A stretch of 61,707 bases of DNA, counting the filler, from Stramenopiles sp. TOSAG23-3 (Eukaryota): assembly GCA_900128585.1 (NCBI GenBank). It is 41 parts of 41 records of this genome, joined end to end, with 100 filler letters (N's around TTAATTAATTAA, not from the genome) between each part and the next. Parts side by side here need not be neighbours in the genome. Positions count along the whole stretch, not along the records: positions 54,340 to 61,707 come from LT643165.1; 40 more parts are not named here. One strand, given 5' to 3'. The first letter of the stretch is position 1. The number at the start of each line of letters is the position of its first letter. A model generated the notes under the pieces. It worked only from the letters and a program-made list of their open reading frames with translations. It did not search any database and was not told where the DNA came from. A program made the position numbers and the translations under genes. This document shows, one piece after another, positions 56,530-61,707 of this stretch.

Positions 56530-57399
56530 TTACTGATTGGTCCACTCCGCAGTGCGTTTATTTACGAAAGCATCCATTCCCTCTTTCTGGTCTTTTGTCG
56601 CGAAACAACTGTGAAACAGCCGACGTTCGTAATTTGCACCCTGTTCCAAGGACATCTCGTCGACAGCGTTCACCGCTTCTTTGCACATGCGGGCAGCAGT
56701 GCTGCTGAAGGCAGCGATCTTTTCCGCATTCTCCATGGTCTTCTCCATCAGCTCGTCGGCTGCGTAAACGCGCGCGCACAGGCCGCTGGTCAGGGCTTCA
56801 TCCGCACCAAACATGTCGCCGGTAAGGCACAGGTCCATCGCTCGGGCTTTCCCCATCGCCCGGGTCAGGCGCTGGGTACCCCCACACCCTGGGATTACCC
56901 CAAGCGTAATTTCCGGCTGCCCAAACTTTGCCTTTTCGCTCGCGTACATGGTGTCGCACATCATTGCTAGCTCGCAGCCTCCACCCAGCGCAAAACCATT
57001 GACTGCCGCGATCGTAGGCGTCTGGATTTTCGTCAAATCCGTCCAGAACTGAAACATGTTTGAGTGGTAGGTTTCAATGAAGGACTTCTGCGCCATCTCC
57101 TTGATGTCCGCACCGGCCGCAAACGCTTTCCCGGCCCCAGTGATTACGATGCAGCCAACCTCTGGGTCGCTGTCCCACTCCTGGGCGGTTGCATTCAACT
57201 CTTTGATCAAACCGTCGCACAGCGCGTTCAGAGCCTTCGGGCGATTCAGGGTGATAACACCAACACGCCCCACCTTTTCCTTAATGAGGTATTCGCACTC
57301 CTGGGCCGCGGCCGCAGAGAACTGGCGCTGCGCAACGTTCGCGGCCAGGCGACCTTTCACTCGCGGGGCTAGTTGGCGGAATGCGTTCATAATGGACAT
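56530..57399 (-). CDS. ECHS1: Mitochondrial short-chain enoyl-CoA hydratase
   Basis: Presequence MSIMNAFRQLAPRVKGR; LNRPKALNAL, AFAAGADIKEM, ALGGGCELAMMCD, GQPEI..G..PG.GGTQRL. Confidence 0.95.
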   Translation of the reverse strand: MSIMNAFRQLAPRVKGRLAANVAQRQFSAAAAQECEYLIKEKVGRVGVITLNRPKALNALCDGLIKELNATAQEWDSDPEVGCIVITGAGKAFAAGADIKEMAQKSFIETYHSNMFQFWTDLTKIQTPTIAAVNGFALGGGCELAMMCDTMYASEKAKFGQPEITLGVIPGCGGTQRLTRAMGKARAMDLCLTGDMFGADEALTSGLCARVYAADELMEKTMENAEKIAAFSSTAARMCKEAVNAVDEMSLEQGANYERRLFHSCFATKDQKEGMDAFVNKRTAEWTNQ

Positions 57400-57774
57400 G
57401 TTGTTAAAGAGAGGGAAAATGAGAAAGAGGAACCAAATCAAAAAAAGAAAACGTTAACGTGCATGTATGTATTAATTATTGAATCTATTTCAGACGCTTA
57501 GTACTTATGATAAAATTTTAATTATTTATCACATGTATAGGAATATATAAAAACAAAGAATTTTGTGGATACATAGATTGATTAAAAATAATAATAATAA
57601 TANNNNNNNNNNNNNNNNTAATAACGAAAAAAAGTCGTCGTCTGCGGTCTGCGGTCTGTGTGGTGGAGTGGTGGTGGAATACGTACGGTATCTTTTTTTT
57701 ATTATAAAAAAAAAAAAATAAATAATATACACATCGTTTTTATTAATGCTACTGTATGTATTAATACTCGGCCA

Positions 57775-58596
57775 ATGGGGAAAATGCCTTTGGGACTGGG
57801 CATGTTCCTGATTGGATCGCTATTAGAATTTTCTACGTGGTTTTTTGTCCCATACTTGAAGCGGGCAAAATCAGCGGGCTACGATCAATCGTGCCTGTCT
57901 TCCTGGCTCTCTGAGAGTTCGAACGGGTGCGAGCCCTGGGTATTCCCGTTTCGTGTAGGGCTTGAGATAGGTGCCATGCCATTTGAGTACACGTTCGAGC
58001 AAATCCTTGGGGCGCAAACGTCGAGAATGACGCCCGTCGCGGTTGCCGGTACGTTCACTTCGCTGCTTCACACGGCCGCGGAATTGGGAGAATCAGTCGC
58101 AAGTAACCTGGAAAACGAGTTTCGGATAACGTTGGACAGGGACCTTCGGAAATACCGATGCACTGGCAGCTTTGAGTTTTTCGGAAGCGACACGTTTATG
58201 GAAAACAACGAAACCTACCGTTACTGTGGGCACAAAGATGCATGTCGTATTGACCCTCCGGTGGACGGTGAAACGGGGTTCTGCAACCCGTACGCAGATG
58301 GGTACAATGTACTGGTCATCATCGCATTGGCCTTGTTTCTCTTGTGGGGGGCGGTCTTATATTTTACCCTTGCCAAGTATGTCAACGTAGAAAAGGAGAA
58401 ATACGACCCGAACAACGACGAAGAAATGATTCGATGCCCCACGAGATCGTGCTGCGTGTGCTGTCAGAGGAGGTCATCGGCGCAGATAGAGGGGAAGGGG
58501 GGAATAGACATTACGAGTGCAACCACTCACGTTTCCCTATTGACAGACACTGATACTACTGATGCAGACTCTTACGTGGCCATCGAGGATTTATAG
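57775..58596 (+). CDS. SLC33A1/AmpG-like (acetyl-CoA transporter) MFS protein, apparently only the C-terminal portion
   Basis: VAGTFTSLLHTAAELG, Cys loop and ADGYNVLVIIAL resemble the Acatn C-terminus. Confidence 0.55.
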   Translation: MGKMPLGLGMFLIGSLLEFSTWFFVPYLKRAKSAGYDQSCLSSWLSESSNGCEPWVFPFRVGLEIGAMPFEYTFEQILGAQTSRMTPVAVAGTFTSLLHTAAELGESVASNLENEFRITLDRDLRKYRCTGSFEFFGSDTFMENNETYRYCGHKDACRIDPPVDGETGFCNPYADGYNVLVIIALALFLLWGAVLYFTLAKYVNVEKEKYDPNNDEEMIRCPTRSCCVCCQRRSSAQIEGKGGIDITSATTHVSLLTDTDTTDADSYVAIEDL

Positions 58597-58830
58597 TAGA
58601 GTATTGATTTACCCACTTCCAGCAGTTCTTTTATTTTATGTAATACCACCATAGTACAGGTACCAGTATTTATAGCGTCAAATACACGTAGACTATGATC
58701 GGGGGGTATTAATAGTAAATAGGCGGAGGATGAGATGGAAAAAAAAAGAAGAAGTAGTATAGTACCAAGGTAGTAGTACTAGTAAATCTGAATTTATAAT
58801 AATCCTTTTCTTCTCTTTCCTCTCTTCTCA

Positions 58831-58831
<1 letters not shown>

Positions 58832-58869
<38 letters not shown>
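58832..58869. repeat. Poly-C tract (about 38 nt)
   Basis: Read directly from sequence. Confidence 0.9.
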
Positions 58870-59104
58870 ACCACTCCACCACACAGAAACTAGTGTCTAG
58901 GTCCTTGTTTAATTATACCTAATTATACATAGTCAGTTGAAATATATGACAAATAAGTAAAAAATAGTGGTCAAAGTGGTTGCAAAACCCCCAACAGTCG
59001 TTTGGATTTACTCACGTGCAGAAACCTAAACTCCCAAAAAAATCAATCTCACGAAACCACTTTGGTATACTACTATACTCATACCCACTTGGATCTCCTC
59101 AGCA

Positions 59105-60436
59105 ATGGGAACAACCTCCTCAGTACCTGCTCTAACGGATAAAACCAACAAAGTCCAACTACGTAATGTCCACAATGGGGAGTTTTTGTACTGCGGAAGT
59201 AAAACACTGGACGAAGAGCGCCGTCACGTTCTCACTTGGATCGGGAAAGCGAACGATGATCCAGCTATGAACTGGGAGCCGGTGCCAGTCACTGACAAAA
59301 ATAATATTACTGGATACAAGTTGAAGAACAACCGTGGTGAATTCTTGTATGTGGGCTCAAAATGTTTGGATGATTCGAGAAGGTACGCACTCACCTGGGT
59401 CGGCAACGCATACGACGACCCGGCGATGTTATGGAAGCTTGTTCCCGAGGACAAAGAAAGGGCCCTTTTTCGGATCCGAAATATCAGGACGGGCGAATAT
59501 TTGTACGTTGGTTCGAAAACTTTAGATTCTCAAAGAAGGTTAGCGTTAACTTGGAAAGGCCAGGCGAATGAGGACCCAGCCATGGTTTGGGAGGTGCTGG
59601 GGCTGGGTGTGGCAGGTAAAACAAAAGAGACGGTAGACGAGAGGAAAGTTGGATCTATACCACTACTGACTGTTCTCCCCAATGAGGTGTACGAATTGCA
59701 CGAGCGTGACCCTCATGCGACATACTTGAAGCTAGTGAATAAGTTCAAACAGATCCCAGAAGTGCATACTGGTCCAACGCCCACCTCAAACTGGGTTGTG
59801 CCCGGGCGGCTCCTTGCGTCAGAAAACCCGTCGTTCTACCTTTCAGAAAAAGATGGTGCAAAGAATGTAAAAAACCTCATGGCTGCAGGTGTGCGGTCGT
59901 TCGTCTGTCTCCATAAACGCAACGTTGACAGAAGGTCAAACTATATGAAAATGTCGGAGTCGGAGCTAGACGAGAAAGAGCGCGCGAAGCTAGAATTTAC
60001 ATCCTTCCCCATCGGCGATATGCGTACACGATCCAACGAGGAGCTCGATGAACTCACAGACCGCATTGCTCATGCAGTTGCAACGCGAACAGATATTGTC
60101 CACTTCGTCCATTGTACAGGGGGCCACGGGCGCACGGGGACGGTGGTAGCAGTAGTGCTTGGGAAGCTCTTCCCTTCGTTGACGCCTACCGAGGCAATGC
60201 TGCGAATCCAGCTATACCATGACTGTAGACAAGAGTATATTGACGATGGCTTTACTACCCATTCCCCGGAAACCAACGCCCAGCGGGAGCAAATCTGCGC
60301 AGTGCTCAAGATTTTCAAGGATCGGGGTTCGAAAATAGTCTGTAAAGAAAAGCTTACTTTTCATTCTGAAATGTCACATGACTTTAGCGGCGGCTGGGAA
60401 CGCGGTGGTGGCGGCGGCTATAGGGCTGGGAGATGA
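59105..60436 (+). CDS. Beta-trefoil (three-repeat) domain fused to a Cys-based PTP/DSP phosphatase; possible N-myristoylation
   Basis: MGTTSS start; three ~48-aa repeats L.N...GEFLYVGSK.LD..RR..LTW.G.A.DDPAM.W; SNWVVPGRLLA, FPIGD, HCTGGHGRTG (CX5R), SPETNAQ. Confidence 0.9.
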   Translation: MGTTSSVPALTDKTNKVQLRNVHNGEFLYCGSKTLDEERRHVLTWIGKANDDPAMNWEPVPVTDKNNITGYKLKNNRGEFLYVGSKCLDDSRRYALTWVGNAYDDPAMLWKLVPEDKERALFRIRNIRTGEYLYVGSKTLDSQRRLALTWKGQANEDPAMVWEVLGLGVAGKTKETVDERKVGSIPLLTVLPNEVYELHERDPHATYLKLVNKFKQIPEVHTGPTPTSNWVVPGRLLASENPSFYLSEKDGAKNVKNLMAAGVRSFVCLHKRNVDRRSNYMKMSESELDEKERAKLEFTSFPIGDMRTRSNEELDELTDRIAHAVATRTDIVHFVHCTGGHGRTGTVVAVVLGKLFPSLTPTEAMLRIQLYHDCRQEYIDDGFTTHSPETNAQREQICAVLKIFKDRGSKIVCKEKLTFHSEMSHDFSGGWERGGGGGYRAGR

Positions 60437-60826
60437 ACACCCACAAGAAAGAATGATGAGTTTATAACATAATTCAAGTAGTCGTCTACTTTATTATTAT
60501 ATAATTAATAATATATTATAGTCTAATTAGTCTATTAATATTAGACGACTAAATAGTATTATTATATTATAATACTATTATAATACTATTAGCTAATAAA
60601 ATGGCCTTCTATCCTACTCTACCACCGGTACAAAAGAAACAATTAAATTTGTGGTACGATTATTAATTATAATTTTTATTCACTCATATATATCATCTCA
60701 TAATACATAATTCACGCGCGTAGTTAGAAACTATTGTGCATAGAGAGGTGTTCGAGGATAACAACAATTGGGCGATTTCGTATTTCGTGGATTGAAGATT
60801 ACGTTGCAAGTTGGCGGGTTTGCTTA

Positions 60827-61707
60827 ATGGAGCGTCAGCCTGAGCTTATAGAGGGACCAGGAATTAGGGGTATTCTGGAGCAACAGGTTTGCGTTGGGAA
60901 GAAAGACTATGTGACTGGCGAAGAAATCAATATACCTGCAAGGACCGAAGGGAAAAGATCTTACGTGTTGGAACGTTCTGGCCAGGTCCTTCGCTATGAG
61001 TTCTTTGTGAAAGACAAAGACATAAAGTTTAAAATTATTTACAGGGGGAAGGAATATAAAGTTGGGGCGACATCAAAAAAATACTGCAGCGGCGAAAAGC
61101 ACAAGGGGGTCTTTAAACCACACAGGGAAGGCACCGTTGATCTTGTATGGGACAACTCGTACTCCCTGTTCAACTCGAAGCAAGTGAACGCGACGGCAAT
61201 TGTGGAGGCGGAGGAGACAGCACCGGGAAAGGGTGCCGCGAATAGAGGCTCGACAGGGACCGCGGAGGCTGCGCCTCCCCAGGAAAAGGAGAACGTGCCG
61301 CCTGAGCGGGAAGTTTTGTGGTGCGAAAAGTATGAGAGGAGGAAGGAATTGTCTACGATTCAACGGTGGGGAACAAAGGGATTCTTGACGCACGCAGAGG
61401 ATGCAGCCTTGGAAGCCTTTCGTTCCTACGCCAAAGTAGAAGACATAGAGCAAGCCAAAATTCCTTTTGAACCTGATGATTGCTGCTTGCTCAGGTTTTT
61501 GCGCGCTCGGAAGTTTGATTTAGAGAAATCGAAAGAAATGTGGGACGGCCACCAAGTCTGGCGCCAGGAGTCTCAAGTAAACGCGGCGACAGAAATGTCG
61601 GACAAAGAGTTGACGGGCCTAGAATTGAGCGAATTGTGCGAATTGCTGCCCACGGGTTACAAGGGGCAAGATCGATGGGGAAGGCCGATAATGATCAAGA
61701 CGTTTGG
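60827..61707 (+). CDS. GOLD domain followed by CRAL-TRIO/SEC14 domain, runs off window end (not in ORF track)
   Basis: ATG at 60827; LRYEFFVKDKDIKF...GTVDLVWDNSYSLFNSK (GOLD); DDCCLLRFLRARKFDLEKSKEMW...GQDRWGRPI (CRAL-TRIO). Confidence 0.88.
   Translation, partial: MERQPELIEGPGIRGILEQQVCVGKKDYVTGEEINIPARTEGKRSYVLERSGQVLRYEFFVKDKDIKFKIIYRGKEYKVGATSKKYCSGEKHKGVFKPHREGTVDLVWDNSYSLFNSKQVNATAIVEAEETAPGKGAANRGSTGTAEAAPPQEKENVPPEREVLWCEKYERRKELSTIQRWGTKGFLTHAEDAALEAFRSYAKVEDIEQAKIPFEPDDCCLLRFLRARKFDLEKSKEMWDGHQVWRQESQVNAATEMSDKELTGLELSELCELLPTGYKGQDRWGRPIMIKTF

Overview
This window is not continuous chromosome. It is about 41 short eukaryotic contigs joined by artificial 100-bp spacers (N44-TTAATTAATTAA-N44). 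The first ~39 contigs are ~1.1 kb in decreasing size, followed by two of ~7.4 kb from 46862, so gene neighbourhood across spacers is meaningless. The genes are mostly truncated, apparently intronless, standard-code nuclear genes of a flagellated protist: CFAP70, radial spoke protein 3, dynein heavy chain, PGPxxY/STPG repeat protein, an EFCAB7-like protein, UTP15, C2CD5 and a mitochondrial enoyl-CoA hydratase. A heterotrophic stramenopile SAG/MAG is my inference, not proven. Four contigs carry exact 79-bp inverted ends, best explained as amplification/assembly artefacts. The best candidate for something undescribed is a bipartite non-coding element (module A AAACAARAAATTGGCTGTTATTTAAGTAATT; module B core GCGAAAATGAATCTGCTCC) found in four unlinked contigs, always just 3' of genes and mostly between convergent genes. 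Other candidates are a 52-bp TA-flanked Tc1/mariner-type micro-MITE, a recurrent intergenic 9-mer (TAGACGACT), and unusual domain fusions (beta-trefoil + Cys phosphatase, RSP3 + ubiquitin-like, RCC1 + IPT/TIG, GOLD before SEC14). NTT-, P2X- and RecD2-like genes are also present. All family calls come from recognising motifs by eye; no searches were run.
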